Of a stretch of DNA of 64,000 nucleotides, positions 11,087-20,911 are shown piece after piece; positions within the stretch are counted from its first letter, which is position 1, and every line of letters starts with the position of its first letter. The stretch is from NCBI GenBank assembly GCA_965116075.1, contig OZ220467.1, forward strand, positions 1,722,509 to 1,786,508. The letters are read 5' to 3'. The stretch comes from Thermodesulfobacteriota bacterium. Its GTDB lineage: Bacteria > Desulfobacterota_D > UBA1144 > Nemesobacterales > Nemesobacteraceae. A program made the position numbers and the translations under genes. The notes beneath the pieces were generated by a model, which did not search any database, was not told the origin of the DNA, and saw nothing but the letters and a program-made list of their open reading frames with translations.

Positions 11087-11704
11087 ATGAGTAGTACTGC
11101 ACAACATGCTGAGGGCGGCCACGCGCACGGACACGGACTCGGAGACGCCGTATCACATATTTCAGCCAAATTAGGAATGTGGCTTTTCCTAGGAACAGAG
11201 GTCCTACTGTTCGGAGGTCTCTTTGCGGCATACACGCTTTTTAGGGCAAAGTTTCCAGACCTATTCTATGAGTCCCATCTGAAACTGGATATGACCATGG
11301 GAGCGGTAAACACCATAGTGCTTATCTTCAGCAGTTTTACAATGGCCCTTGCAGTGGCGGCCTCGCAGAAAAAAAACACAAAACTACTAATAATAATGCT
11401 TGCGGTCACTTTTATCTGTGGAGCGGCTTTTGGAGTAAATAAATACTTTGAGTACAGCGCCAAGTTTCATCATCATATTTATCCAGATACAAACATATTC
11501 TTTGCGCTTTACTTCTTAATGACAGGACTTCATATGCTTCACGTATTTATTGGGATGGGCATAATCTTGGCTCTGATAATAATGGCTTGGCAAGGAAGAT
11601 TCATAAAAGGGAGATATTCAGCTGTCGAGGTCGGAGGACTTTACTGGCATCTAGTTGACCTGATCTGGATATACCTGTTTCCACTCTTATATTTAATAGG
11701 ATAA
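11087..11704 (+). CDS. coxC: Cytochrome c oxidase subunit III
   Basis: GMWLFLGTEVLLFGGLF, TGLHMLHV, GLYWHLVDLIWIYLFPLLY. Confidence 0.95.
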   Translation: MSSTAQHAEGGHAHGHGLGDAVSHISAKLGMWLFLGTEVLLFGGLFAAYTLFRAKFPDLFYESHLKLDMTMGAVNTIVLIFSSFTMALAVAASQKKNTKLLIIMLAVTFICGAAFGVNKYFEYSAKFHHHIYPDTNIFFALYFLMTGLHMLHVFIGMGIILALIIMAWQGRFIKGRYSAVEVGGLYWHLVDLIWIYLFPLLYLIG

Positions 11705-11715
11705 CTGGAGAGAAA

Positions 11716-12024
11716 ATGAGCACGGAAAATCATGCTGAAGAACATCATTCTGGACTCAAGACGTATGCGTTTGTATGTCTTGCGCTGTTTGCGCTTACAG
11801 GAATTACCGTCTATTCCACAAAGTTTGATTTCGGCGACTTGAACATAGTAGTCGCCATGATAATCGCGTCGGTAAAGGCATCAATCGTGGCCTATTACTT
11901 CATGCACCTCAAATTTGAGGACAAACTGACTTGGGTATATGCGCTCTACCCACTGTTTTTGTTGCTTCTTCTCATAGGCTCCACTCTGTTTGAGACCTTT
12001 ACAAGAGTGCCAGTTATAAGATAA
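11716..12024 (+). CDS. Cytochrome c oxidase subunit IV family protein
   Basis: 3 TM helices, IASVKASIVAYYFMHLKFE motif. Confidence 0.9.
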   Translation: MSTENHAEEHHSGLKTYAFVCLALFALTGITVYSTKFDFGDLNIVVAMIIASVKASIVAYYFMHLKFEDKLTWVYALYPLFLLLLLIGSTLFETFTRVPVIR

Positions 12025-12047
12025 AGCTCAACTGGGCAGAAACGGTC

Positions 12048-12923
12048 ATGCTTGCAAGAACAGCCCTAGGGCTTCTGTTCATACTACTAATATGGGGGAA
12101 TGTCGTATCTGGACTCAAAGCTGGTCTTGCATGTCCTGATTGGCCCCTGTGTCACGGACAGATAGTTCCACCGTTTCGTTGGGACATTTACGTTGAGTTC
12201 TCACACCGAGTGGTAGGCGGCATAACTTCTATCTTTCTTTTCATTCTCTGCTACAAGAGACTGCGAACCTACCACAAAGGTTATAAATTACTTCCTATAG
12301 CCGTAGTGATTCTCCTAGCGTTGCAGATAGTGCTCGGCGGCATAGTGGTTCTCACAAAACTCCCCGTAGACCTTACCACTATTCATTTCACCAATGCGAT
12401 AATAATCTACTGCATCACTCTTTATATGGTTTATTTTGACGGAAAAAAAAGAAAGCCTTATTTAAAGTTTTCAGGCCCAGCGGGTCTTTTCTTTGTTCTG
12501 TCGCTACTAGTAGTGCTACAAGCATCCTTAGGAGCGTACGTAAGACACCTTGAAGCTGGTCTCGCGTGTCCTGATTTTCCCACATGCCTAGGCTACTGGA
12601 TTCCTCCCGAACTTTCTGGAAAGGTACTTGCTCACTTCTCTCATAGAATGGTTGCGTATCTGCTTACGCTTGGATTTGTAGGAGTGTTGCTTTTTTGTAG
12701 AAAATCAACTTCTTTATCTAGAGCGAGGAAAAACATGTCATGGGTAGTAGCGTTACTTTTTCTGCAGATAGGCATAGGGATTTTGGTCGTAACATCAAAA
12801 CTTACGTTTTACATAACAGCGGTTCATCTTTCGGTCGGTCTTGTTATACTTTCGCTCTCTCTTCTCACTTGGTTTAATTATGTAGGAGAAAAAAACAGAC
12901 ATACGAAAGTCTTTCAGTCATGA
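12048..12923 (+). CDS. ctaA: Heme A synthase (COX15/CtaA)
   Basis: Duplicated AGLACPDWPLC / AGLACPDFPTC and EFSHR / HFSHR halves. Confidence 0.92.
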   Translation: MLARTALGLLFILLIWGNVVSGLKAGLACPDWPLCHGQIVPPFRWDIYVEFSHRVVGGITSIFLFILCYKRLRTYHKGYKLLPIAVVILLALQIVLGGIVVLTKLPVDLTTIHFTNAIIIYCITLYMVYFDGKKRKPYLKFSGPAGLFFVLSLLVVLQASLGAYVRHLEAGLACPDFPTCLGYWIPPELSGKVLAHFSHRMVAYLLTLGFVGVLLFCRKSTSLSRARKNMSWVVALLFLQIGIGILVVTSKLTFYITAVHLSVGLVILSLSLLTWFNYVGEKNRHTKVFQS

Positions 12924-13834
12924 GTGAAGAGGAAAAAAAATCTGTTGGACAAATGGCAGTTTCCGCCGTGGTTCTATCAAAACCCGGAATAATCGTGAGC
13001 GTAGCGGTTACCGGCGTTGCGGGAATGCTGATGGCAAACCGCGCCATTCCTCCAGCGGAAATGCTTATTCTCTGCGTAACTGCGCTTCTTTTGAGCGCTG
13101 GAGGGTCCGCAATCCTTAACAACCTGCTTGACAAGAAAATCGACAAGAAAATGTCCCGCTTAGAAAAAAGAGTTGAGGCGCTACGGATTTTCGGCGACAA
13201 AAACGCGTGGGGTTTATCCATCATCATGATTGCCGCATCTCTTGTAATCTCTATTCTCTATTTCAATTATGTAAATACTTTTCTTATTCTTCTTGCGATT
13301 CTGAGTTATACGCTTATTTACACGCTTTTTCTGAAAAGAACCTCGCCTTTTGGCACGATACTCGGAGGTGTACCTGGCGCACTTCCGGTGCTTATCGGTT
13401 ATACGGCTATAACCCCTGTAGTGAAACTTGACATCGTAGTGCTGTTTGTGTTCATGATGCTATGGCAACCTCCTCACTTCTGGGTACTTGCGCAGAAATA
13501 CAAAAAGGATTATGAAGAGGCTGGCATAAAAGTGCTTCCTGTGGCGATGGGAACTAGTTATACGAATATGCTTATACTTATATATTCTCTATCTCTTATA
13601 CCGCTTACTTTCGTGCTTTGGCTTACGGGGACGAATTCTGTCTATTTCGCTATATTCGCCGCGATAGCGGGAACGTATTTTAATTATCTAGTTGTAATAA
13701 GCGTCAAGCGCAATCGGGGCTATGGACGGGCGTTTGGAGCCTCAATCCTCTACATGCTACTTATAATGCTGGGAATTATGGTTGATATAATCATTTCATC
13801 AATGTCCCCTGTAAACAGGGTTATCGGTCTTTAG
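12920..13834 (+). CDS. ctaB: Protoheme IX farnesyltransferase (heme O synthase)
   Basis: NNLLDKKIDKKMSR, GGVPGALPVLIG, WQPPHFW, YKKDYEEAGI. Confidence 0.93.
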   Translation: MSEEEKKSVGQMAVSAVVLSKPGIIVSVAVTGVAGMLMANRAIPPAEMLILCVTALLLSAGGSAILNNLLDKKIDKKMSRLEKRVEALRIFGDKNAWGLSIIMIAASLVISILYFNYVNTFLILLAILSYTLIYTLFLKRTSPFGTILGGVPGALPVLIGYTAITPVVKLDIVVLFVFMMLWQPPHFWVLAQKYKKDYEEAGIKVLPVAMGTSYTNMLILIYSLSLIPLTFVLWLTGTNSVYFAIFAAIAGTYFNYLVVISVKRNRGYGRAFGASILYMLLIMLGIMVDIIISSMSPVNRVIGL

Positions 13835-15623
13835 CAACCGAAGGCAAAAGCATTTTGAGTTCCTCAAGTGGCCTTGTGAGAGTGAGTATAGCGTCTCGCC
13901 AGAAATCTTTCTGGGTTATGTCATCCCCAATTGACGTTTTTACCGCGCCTTCGGCATCTTGAGAGCCTGTAAGCGCAAGGAATTCCTCATAAACCGGAAT
14001 AAACTTCTCTCCGTACTTAAGGAATTTTTCAAAAAGCGATCTACTCAGCAGATAGCCAAAGGTGTAAGGAAAATTATAGAAAGTCACCCCAGTTATATAG
14101 AAATGAAGTTTGGACGCCCAGAAAAACGGGTCACATTCTCCTAGCACGTCCCCAAACACATTCTTCTGAGTAGTGACCATAAGTTCCTTGAGTTCGCTGA
14201 CAGAAAGTTCCCCCTTTATACGACGTTCGTAGAGTTCTTTTTCAAACTGATACCTCACGGGTATGTCAAGTAGGTATATGGCCCCATGATTTACCTCCGC
14301 ATCTCTTACAAGCACCTTGTCCTCTACGCTTGTCCGCGGACTACGCAAAATTCCCTCGGCAAGGAGCATTTCTCCAAAGGTTGAGGCGGTTTCAGCAAGA
14401 GTCATCGGATAGAACTGAGCATAGGGACGAAGGTCTCTCATCACATGAGAATGAAACGCGTGACCCGCCTCGTGAGCAAGAGTCAGCATATCACCGAGTC
14501 CAGCATTGTATGTCATAAATATTCTTGATTCACCGGTTAGAAGAGACCCTGTGCAGAAACCACCAGGTCTTTTGCCCTCTCGTATCTCCCAGTCTATCCA
14601 CTGGTTTTTGCACACTTGATCAAAGAAATCGCCCATACGTGGATACGCCTCTGAAAAAGAACCGTGAACCATAGACTTGGCATCAGCCCAGTCAAACTGA
14701 CCTGTCTTTTCTATATCTGCTGGAGCACCCAAGTCATACCAACTGATCTGCTCAAGTCCCATGCTCTCAGCCTTAAGTTTTAATATACTTGTTGGAAGAT
14801 CAGTGTTCTCCATTATGGCTTCCATCATTGCCTCAAGCGTTTCCTTGGAGACCGCCGCATCAAAAAGAGCAACGTCAAGAAAATGATCAATTTGCCTGTG
14901 TCTGTAAAGCGTGTGTCTGGTTCCAGATATAGCGTTTATGGCAGCCGCCGCTACATCTTCGAAAACCTCCCATGATTTGTTTCCACCGAAAAACGCGGCT
15001 TTTCTCACTTCCCTGTCCGGGTTTTCCATAAGCGACCTTCTCTGTGACATAGGAATCCGTTTTTTTGTTCCATTCGGGTAGATCATCTCAAAACTCATTT
15101 TTGAGGAAACGGTATCGTAAATTCTTCCCCAAGCGTTTATTCCGTTAACTCCTAGTTCTGATGCGAGGATTTCTTTTTGTGGTGACATGGTGAAGCGGGA
15201 ATTTTTATGAAGCCTCCTAATGAAATGCTCTGCAGATTTAATTTCCGGAGTGGAAACAAATTTATTCAGCAGATCATCATCCACATCCCTAAGCGCTTTG
15301 CACAACTGAACTTTAAGTTTTTCTAGGTTAGACCCCAGAACAGAGACCGCCGCCTCCTCGCGAAGGTAATCCTCTCGGTTTGAGTTTGCGGCGCAGAGAC
15401 ATCCCACGTAGGAACGTATATGGGAGTACTTGCTTATGAGTTTCTCCGTCTCTAAAAAAACATCTTTCCAGAACTGGATATTAGAGTCGCATAGAGGATC
15501 TGAGGTCAACGCTTTTTCCTCAAGATCCTTTATCTCTTGGGTTAAGTTTTCCCAAAATTGCGTATATTCGGTCCCAAAAAACTCGGGGAAATATGAAGTA
15601 AGATCCCAACTCATATAAGGCAC
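13821..15623 (-). CDS. M3 family oligoendopeptidase (PepF-like)
   Basis: GKRPGGFC, TLAHEAGHAFH, AETASTFGE, FYNFPYTFG. Confidence 0.92.
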   Translation of the reverse strand: MPYMSWDLTSYFPEFFGTEYTQFWENLTQEIKDLEEKALTSDPLCDSNIQFWKDVFLETEKLISKYSHIRSYVGCLCAANSNREDYLREEAAVSVLGSNLEKLKVQLCKALRDVDDDLLNKFVSTPEIKSAEHFIRRLHKNSRFTMSPQKEILASELGVNGINAWGRIYDTVSSKMSFEMIYPNGTKKRIPMSQRRSLMENPDREVRKAAFFGGNKSWEVFEDVAAAAINAISGTRHTLYRHRQIDHFLDVALFDAAVSKETLEAMMEAIMENTDLPTSILKLKAESMGLEQISWYDLGAPADIEKTGQFDWADAKSMVHGSFSEAYPRMGDFFDQVCKNQWIDWEIREGKRPGGFCTGSLLTGESRIFMTYNAGLGDMLTLAHEAGHAFHSHVMRDLRPYAQFYPMTLAETASTFGEMLLAEGILRSPRTSVEDKVLVRDAEVNHGAIYLLDIPVRYQFEKELYERRIKGELSVSELKELMVTTQKNVFGDVLGECDPFFWASKLHFYITGVTFYNFPYTFGYLLSRSLFEKFLKYGEKFIPVYEEFLALTGSQDAEGAVKTSIGDDITQKDFWRDAILTLTRPLEELKMLLPSVAKDR

Positions 15624-15767
15624 ACTCCCATTGGGGCTAATTGCGGGTTCTGAAACAATCGTGAAGAGAATACTATAACAACCGAGAAATTCAAAGATCT
15701 CATCCTGATGCTAATTGCAAAGCAGGCGGTTGACATTAAAAAACAGATGTATAACTTAACGGGCCAA

Positions 15768-16907
15768 ATGAGCGACAAAGCGTACTTAGTTTTTGAAGGC
15801 GGAGAAGTTTTTGAAGGTAAGAGTTTCGGCGCCGTCGGCGAAGCAACCGGTGAGATGGTGTTTAATACATCCCTTACCGGCTACCAAGAGATACTTACAG
15901 ATCCATCATACAAAGGTCAGATTATCGTAATGACCTATCCCGAGATAGGCAATTATGGAATAAACTCTGAAGATTTCGAATCAGAAATGCCTTTTCTAAG
16001 TGGGTTAGTTGTAAAAGAATATTGGGATCACCCGAGTAACTGGAGATCAACGCAAACTCTTTCAGAATTTCTTTCAGAATACGGAATACTAGGAATACAG
16101 GGAGTTGACACTAGGGAAATAACAAGAATCATACGGACGCGTGGAGCTGTAAAAGGCATCATTTCAACTGTTGAGAGCGATATTGATGCTTTGGTGCGGA
16201 AAGTTGATTCTTCGCCGCCGATGATTGGACGCAATCTAGTTAATGACGTGATATGCTCTGACTCTTACCAATGGAAAGAGGGAACAGGACGATGGCAGCA
16301 GAGTTACGAAAGCGAACTGGCAAAAAGGTTCAAAGTTGCAGTCTACGATTTTGGAATAAAGAGAAATATTCTCCGCAAACTCACAGATCTCGGGTGCGAC
16401 ATTACGGTATTTCCCGCAAATGCTGCCCCCAAAGAGATACTTGATTTCGATCCTGATGGGATATTTCTCTCAAACGGCCCTGGAGACCCAGCCGCAGTTG
16501 ATTACGCTGCGAAAAACGTAAGGAGTCTAATCGGAAAAAAACCGATTTTCGGGATATGCCTTGGACACCAAATACTAGGTCTTGCGCTTGGAGGAAAAAC
16601 CTTCAAACTCAAATTTGGACACCGTGGAGGTAACCAGCCAGTAAAGAATCTTTTAACTGGAAAAGTGGAAATAACATCCCAAAACCACGGTTTTGCAGTT
16701 GACCCCGATTCTATTGGAGATAAAGTTAGAATCACACACGTAAACCTCAATGATAATACCGTTGAGGGAATGAGTCACAGGGAGTACCCACTCGCTTGCG
16801 TTCAGTATCACCCAGAAGCATCGCCTGGACCACACGACTCCTCTTACCTTTTCAAAGACTTCATAACGATGATGAAGAATTGCTCAAAATCTGACGAAGC
16901 GGTTTAA
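15768..16907 (+). CDS. carA: Carbamoyl-phosphate synthase small subunit
   Basis: GEMVFNTSLTGYQE, LSNGPGDP, GICLGHQ, QYHPEASPGPHD. Start at MSDKAYL. Confidence 0.97.
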   Translation: MSDKAYLVFEGGEVFEGKSFGAVGEATGEMVFNTSLTGYQEILTDPSYKGQIIVMTYPEIGNYGINSEDFESEMPFLSGLVVKEYWDHPSNWRSTQTLSEFLSEYGILGIQGVDTREITRIIRTRGAVKGIISTVESDIDALVRKVDSSPPMIGRNLVNDVICSDSYQWKEGTGRWQQSYESELAKRFKVAVYDFGIKRNILRKLTDLGCDITVFPANAAPKEILDFDPDGIFLSNGPGDPAAVDYAAKNVRSLIGKKPIFGICLGHQILGLALGGKTFKLKFGHRGGNQPVKNLLTGKVEITSQNHGFAVDPDSIGDKVRITHVNLNDNTVEGMSHREYPLACVQYHPEASPGPHDSSYLFKDFITMMKNCSKSDEAV

Positions 16908-16976
16908 CCCAACAATTAAATTAAGATTGGAAAACAAATTAGTCGCTTTATATCCATTTGATTTGTTCTAAGATGA

Positions 16977-17708
16977 CTAAAAAAGGCATACTTCCTTCTT
17001 AAGCAAAGCAACGTATTTATCCGCAAGCCTTGTGGGTTCTGGAATTCTTAAACCGCTTAAGCACTTAAGTACAATAGCAACCGCCGTATCAATATCGGTT
17101 CTGTAACCAACTGATATAAATACGGGCTTTACACCATCCCTTGTTCTCAAAACCACCCCTATTACGTCAGAGTTGTCTTCTCCTTTTATAAACGTTCTCT
17201 CACCTCTTGCGAGACCAAGATTATCAAAGGTTCCGTAAAGGCTTTTCTTCGCAACCCCAATTGCTGGGACATCTAGCAACACGCCGACATGACATGCGAG
17301 CCCAAATCTTCTCGGATGAGCAATTCCGTGTCCGTCTATCATAAGCATGTCACAACGGTTCTTGAGTTTTTTGAATGTTTTCATTACAGACGGAGCTTCC
17401 CTAAAACCCAAAAGACCCGGAACATAAGGAAAGACTTCATCCGAAACGGTCCAGACTCTCTCAATCTCTTTTATCTCTGGGTAGGAAAAAAGAATGATTC
17501 CACAGATAAGTTTTTTCTCCTTTGCGCTGACAGCTATATCCACTCCAGCTACAGTGCTTACATCTGCAGAACTTGGGATCTGAACCACCATCTGTGAAAG
17601 ATTTCTCTGAATACGGAAAGCCTCCTTTACGGAGGGCAAAAAGCCAAGGCGGAGTTCTTCGATTTCCTTATTTATGCTGTTTCTACGGTGAATAATTGTG
17701 GACAACAC
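16977..17708 (-). CDS. nfi: Endonuclease V
   Basis: VAGVD, FPYVPGLLGFRE, IDGHGIAHPRRFGLACH, PEPTRLAD. Start uncertain. Confidence 0.93.
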   Translation of the reverse strand: MLSTIIHRRNSINKEIEELRLGFLPSVKEAFRIQRNLSQMVVQIPSSADVSTVAGVDIAVSAKEKKLICGIILFSYPEIKEIERVWTVSDEVFPYVPGLLGFREAPSVMKTFKKLKNRCDMLMIDGHGIAHPRRFGLACHVGVLLDVPAIGVAKKSLYGTFDNLGLARGERTFIKGEDNSDVIGVVLRTRDGVKPVFISVGYRTDIDTAVAIVLKCLSGLRIPEPTRLADKYVALLKKEVCLF

Positions 17709-17832
17709 TTGATTAGAAATATATCAACGTTGTGTACGCGCTAACTTGTGGGTCTTATTTCCGTAGTAGCGTATTTGCAAACAGAAATGTTACTAATTGC
17801 GGTACATCAATTCTGAATTCTGGAAGGAAAGA

Positions 17833-17860
17833 ACAAGGGCGGTTTTTAAACCGCCCTTGT
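17833..17860. terminator. Perfect hairpin downstream of the Cache-domain gene
   Basis: ACAAGGGCGGTTT-TT-AAACCGCCCTTGT, 30 nt past the stop of 17891..19393(-). Confidence 0.75.
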
Positions 17861-17890
17861 CCAATCAGCAAATCTTAAAAGTCGTATAAA

Positions 17891-19393
17891 TTAAGCGCGT
17901 CTTCTCAAAAAAACAATTGAGAACAGAACAGATGTTATCAACAATAGATTAACCAAAGCGTTTTGAGATGAATGGTCTGTTCCAGCAATCGCGCATCCGT
18001 CATCGTCATCTTTAGTCGCTGGAGTTGTTGGGGTTGGATAAATCCCAGAACCAACGATCTTGAGAGTTACGTCGTCCAGTAACTGATCAAGTCCTGGAAT
18101 CTTCCGAATCTTTTCGTCAATTCCAGATGTTATATCCGTCACTTGAATATAACTTTTCTTAGGAGTAGTTCCGGGAACACTTTTCTTTTCAAGCCAGTCC
18201 TTAATCAGGTCAGCACCGTTTTTAGCAGGGTCGCTCCATCGGTATTCGACTATAGCGGAATCTCCAACTTTGGGTTTCTTTTCCTTTCTATTTTGAGGTA
18301 TCAACGCATTTCGAAATAGAGTTACTATTTTTTTGTCATCACCTTTTTTGTCATCACCGTCTAACTCTTCATCTTCTAACTCTAGTGTAAGACCATTCAA
18401 ATCGGCATTGTTTCCGTTAACAAACACAGTACCTTCTGGAGTTGCTGTCATGACGAAAAGATATATGTTTTCATGCTTGAATTCTCCAAGACTCATACAA
18501 CCAGCTAAACTATTCAGTTTAATAGCAATTTTTTCAGCAAAATCCAATTGTTTCACCGGAGTAGATAAGTCTAGGGTATTCTGCTTACCTACTAGAGTGG
18601 ACATCCCTTCAGCTACAGCGTTGTTAAGCGATTCAATAGCTTCTCTTACATAAGCTTTAAGGTTGGCCTCCGTCGGATTTTCAGATACCTTCTTAGCGGT
18701 AGTTCCTAACTCTAGAAAACCAGGGCAATCAGGTTTAGAAAAAGGGTTGGTTTCATCTAGTTTTGTCTTATCATTGTCATCCCTATTCTTATGATGAAGA
18801 CCTACTACGGCCGTTAAAGCATCCTCTAATGGTCCGTAATCTACACGGGTTCCGCAGGCCCATCTCGTTTTATCACCATATTCATAATCTTCGCACTTAG
18901 TATTACCTCCAGTTGACTCCTTAATTAAAATTTGCAAAGCCTCCGCAGAAGATTCCTTCTCCTTCTCAGAATCTACATCAAACTTGTACCCAAATAGGTC
19001 GGGATATGCCGAGTGATTTAATACAGTTCCACCAGAGTCTATTAAAATTACATACATTCCGCTACCAAGGTCTTTGTAGACCAGATTGGTCCTTAACTCT
19101 CTGGCGACAGCTGCAAACTGTCGCGATGTTGATGAGTCTTCACTTATTTTCTTTAACGCCGATTCCGATAGAGACTCATAATGCTCCACTACATGTGAGA
19201 GAAATGCTTTGACCTCTGCCTCACTTGTAACATCTACGTCTGAAGCTTTCTTATCATCGGCATCGCTAGGATCATGAGCGAATACTTTAGTAGTATGAGC
19301 GAATGTAAATAATAACACGCCCATAAAACCTACGAAAAGTAGGCTTAGGATTCTTATAGAATGAGCCCTTTGAAAGCATCCAACAAACTTCAT
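17891..19393 (-). CDS. Exported protein with two single-Cache-like domains and a C-terminal sorting signal
   Basis: Signal peptide ending VFA. Cache-like motifs YVILIDSGGTVLNH and YLFVM..EGTVFVNG..VEYRWSDP..KKSYI..IVGSGIY. Tail DDDDGCAIA + TM helix + RRRA. Confidence 0.7.
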   Translation of the reverse strand: MKFVGCFQRAHSIRILSLLFVGFMGVLLFTFAHTTKVFAHDPSDADDKKASDVDVTSEAEVKAFLSHVVEHYESLSESALKKISEDSSTSRQFAAVARELRTNLVYKDLGSGMYVILIDSGGTVLNHSAYPDLFGYKFDVDSEKEKESSAEALQILIKESTGGNTKCEDYEYGDKTRWACGTRVDYGPLEDALTAVVGLHHKNRDDNDKTKLDETNPFSKPDCPGFLELGTTAKKVSENPTEANLKAYVREAIESLNNAVAEGMSTLVGKQNTLDLSTPVKQLDFAEKIAIKLNSLAGCMSLGEFKHENIYLFVMTATPEGTVFVNGNNADLNGLTLELEDEELDGDDKKGDDKKIVTLFRNALIPQNRKEKKPKVGDSAIVEYRWSDPAKNGADLIKDWLEKKSVPGTTPKKSYIQVTDITSGIDEKIRKIPGLDQLLDDVTLKIVGSGIYPTPTTPATKDDDDGCAIAGTDHSSQNALVNLLLITSVLFSIVFLRRRA

Positions 19394-19423
19394 ATTACAC
19401 CTCCTAAAAATATTTATGGGTTA

Positions 19424-19452
19424 ATCATACCATTTTTTTGGTTTATCTTCAA
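19424..19452 (-). promoter_or_regulatory. sigma70 promoter of the Cache-domain gene
   Basis: Minus strand TTGAAG-17 nt-TATGAT with extended TG; AGGAGG RBS downstream. Confidence 0.6.
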
Positions 19453-19464
19453 GAACTTAATAAT

Positions 19465-19481
19465 GGGGGGGGGGGGGGGGG
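19465..19481. repeat. G17 homopolymer just upstream of the -35 box
   Basis: 17 consecutive G, counted directly. Confidence 0.9.
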
Positions 19482-19745
19482 TCAGAAAAAGCTCATAATG
19501 CTTTAGTTTTACTTAACTAATCAGGTATATTCTTACCTGAAGATTAAGACAAAAAAACCGTTTTTATGTCACTTATGCGCAAATCAGACCGATTTTAGCA
19601 ATCCTTCGGGAGGAAAGTAGGAGACAAGTACGCAATACACAATTAGAATTCGGTAAGGTTCGCATTGAAGACATTGAGTTGTACCTCAAATCTAGAGATG
19701 ACATTCCCGCTCTGTTAATAGGTCTTCAGAATCTCTACAAAAACA
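19482..19745 (+). mobile_element. Remnant of an IS 5' end with decayed transposase start (ISNCY/ISDol1-like)
   Basis: After the GGGAGG RBS, AGG stands in place of ATG at 19619, then RQVRNTQLEFGKVRIEDIELYLKSRDDIPALLIGLQNLY. This resembles the N-terminus of ISNCY transposases as I recall them. Truncated after ~40 codons. Confidence 0.6.
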
Positions 19746-19943
19746 AAATTTTTCTTGCAATGAATTTAGCAACTCTTTTTGACTTTCTTGGTCAAGAACT
19801 TTATACTCTTTGCTCATAGTGACGTGTCCCCCTATTAATTGATTTTTGATGAATTCAAATTAACCGAATACGCCGCTTTTTTTTCAAAATTTACTCGTAC
19901 ACTACTTTTAACAATACCTCGCCACAACTAACATCAACTAGAT

Positions 19944-20828
19944 ATGGGTGGATTAGTGTTTTTTGAAGATTTCAGAAAAGAGAAAATCAACATCGACAAA
20001 ACAGAGATAAACACTGTCTGGGGAGGTAAAGGGGAGCCATTGCTCCTACTCCACGGTTATCCGCAGACGCATGTTATGTGGCACGAAGTAGCGTCATCAC
20101 TTAGCTCGAATTTCATGGTCGTATGTCCCGATCTGAAAGGCTATGGAGACAGTTCTAAGCCTTCCGGAACAAAAGACCACTCAAACTATTCAAAAAGGTC
20201 TATATCTAATGAAATGGTTTCCCTGATGGAAAAGCTAGGATTTTCAAGTTTCTTCGCTGCAGGACACGATAGAGGAGGCAGAGTACTTCACCGCATGTGT
20301 CTTGACCATCCCAAAAGAGTCAGAAAAGTCTGTGTTATAGACATAGTGCCCACGCATCATATGTTCACCACCGCAGACAAGCAACTCGCTACGGGCTATT
20401 ATCACTGGTTTTTCCTTATTCAACCCGATGGACTTCCAGAAAAAATGATAGGAGCCAATCCGGAGTACTACCTTAGGGAAAAACTCAGACGATGGAGCGC
20501 TCCTAAAACACAGTTTCATCCCAATGCGGTAAAAGAGTACATACGCTGTTTTTCAGACCCATCTGCGATCCACGCAAGTTGTGAGGACTATAGAGCCGCA
20601 GCTTCAATAGACATGAAGCATGACGAGCAGGACTCAGATGCAAAAATAGAATGTCCGCTTCTTGTTCTATGGGGGAATAAAGGTTTTATCCACAGAACCT
20701 ACGATGTACTAAGCGTGTGGAAAGAGAAAGCGCTTTGCGTCTTAGGCAAATCTCTTGATTGCGGTCATTTTGTCCCAGAAGAAAAACCTAGAGAGACAAC
20801 AAACGAATTTCTCTCATTTTTTGTGTGA
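19944..20828 (+). CDS. Alpha/beta hydrolase, fluoroacetate/haloacetate dehalogenase type
   Basis: LLHGYPQTH, GHDRGGRV (Asp nucleophile + two Arg), YYHWFF, CEDYRA, CGHF. Confidence 0.85.
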   Translation: MGGLVFFEDFRKEKINIDKTEINTVWGGKGEPLLLLHGYPQTHVMWHEVASSLSSNFMVVCPDLKGYGDSSKPSGTKDHSNYSKRSISNEMVSLMEKLGFSSFFAAGHDRGGRVLHRMCLDHPKRVRKVCVIDIVPTHHMFTTADKQLATGYYHWFFLIQPDGLPEKMIGANPEYYLREKLRRWSAPKTQFHPNAVKEYIRCFSDPSAIHASCEDYRAAASIDMKHDEQDSDAKIECPLLVLWGNKGFIHRTYDVLSVWKEKALCVLGKSLDCGHFVPEEKPRETTNEFLSFFV

Positions 20829-20911
20829 AAAATTTTGTTTTTCCTCAACTTACAGACAAAAAGCTTCCGTAGAGCATTGTCCACAGATACCGTTTTATAT
20901 AGAGTATCAGC

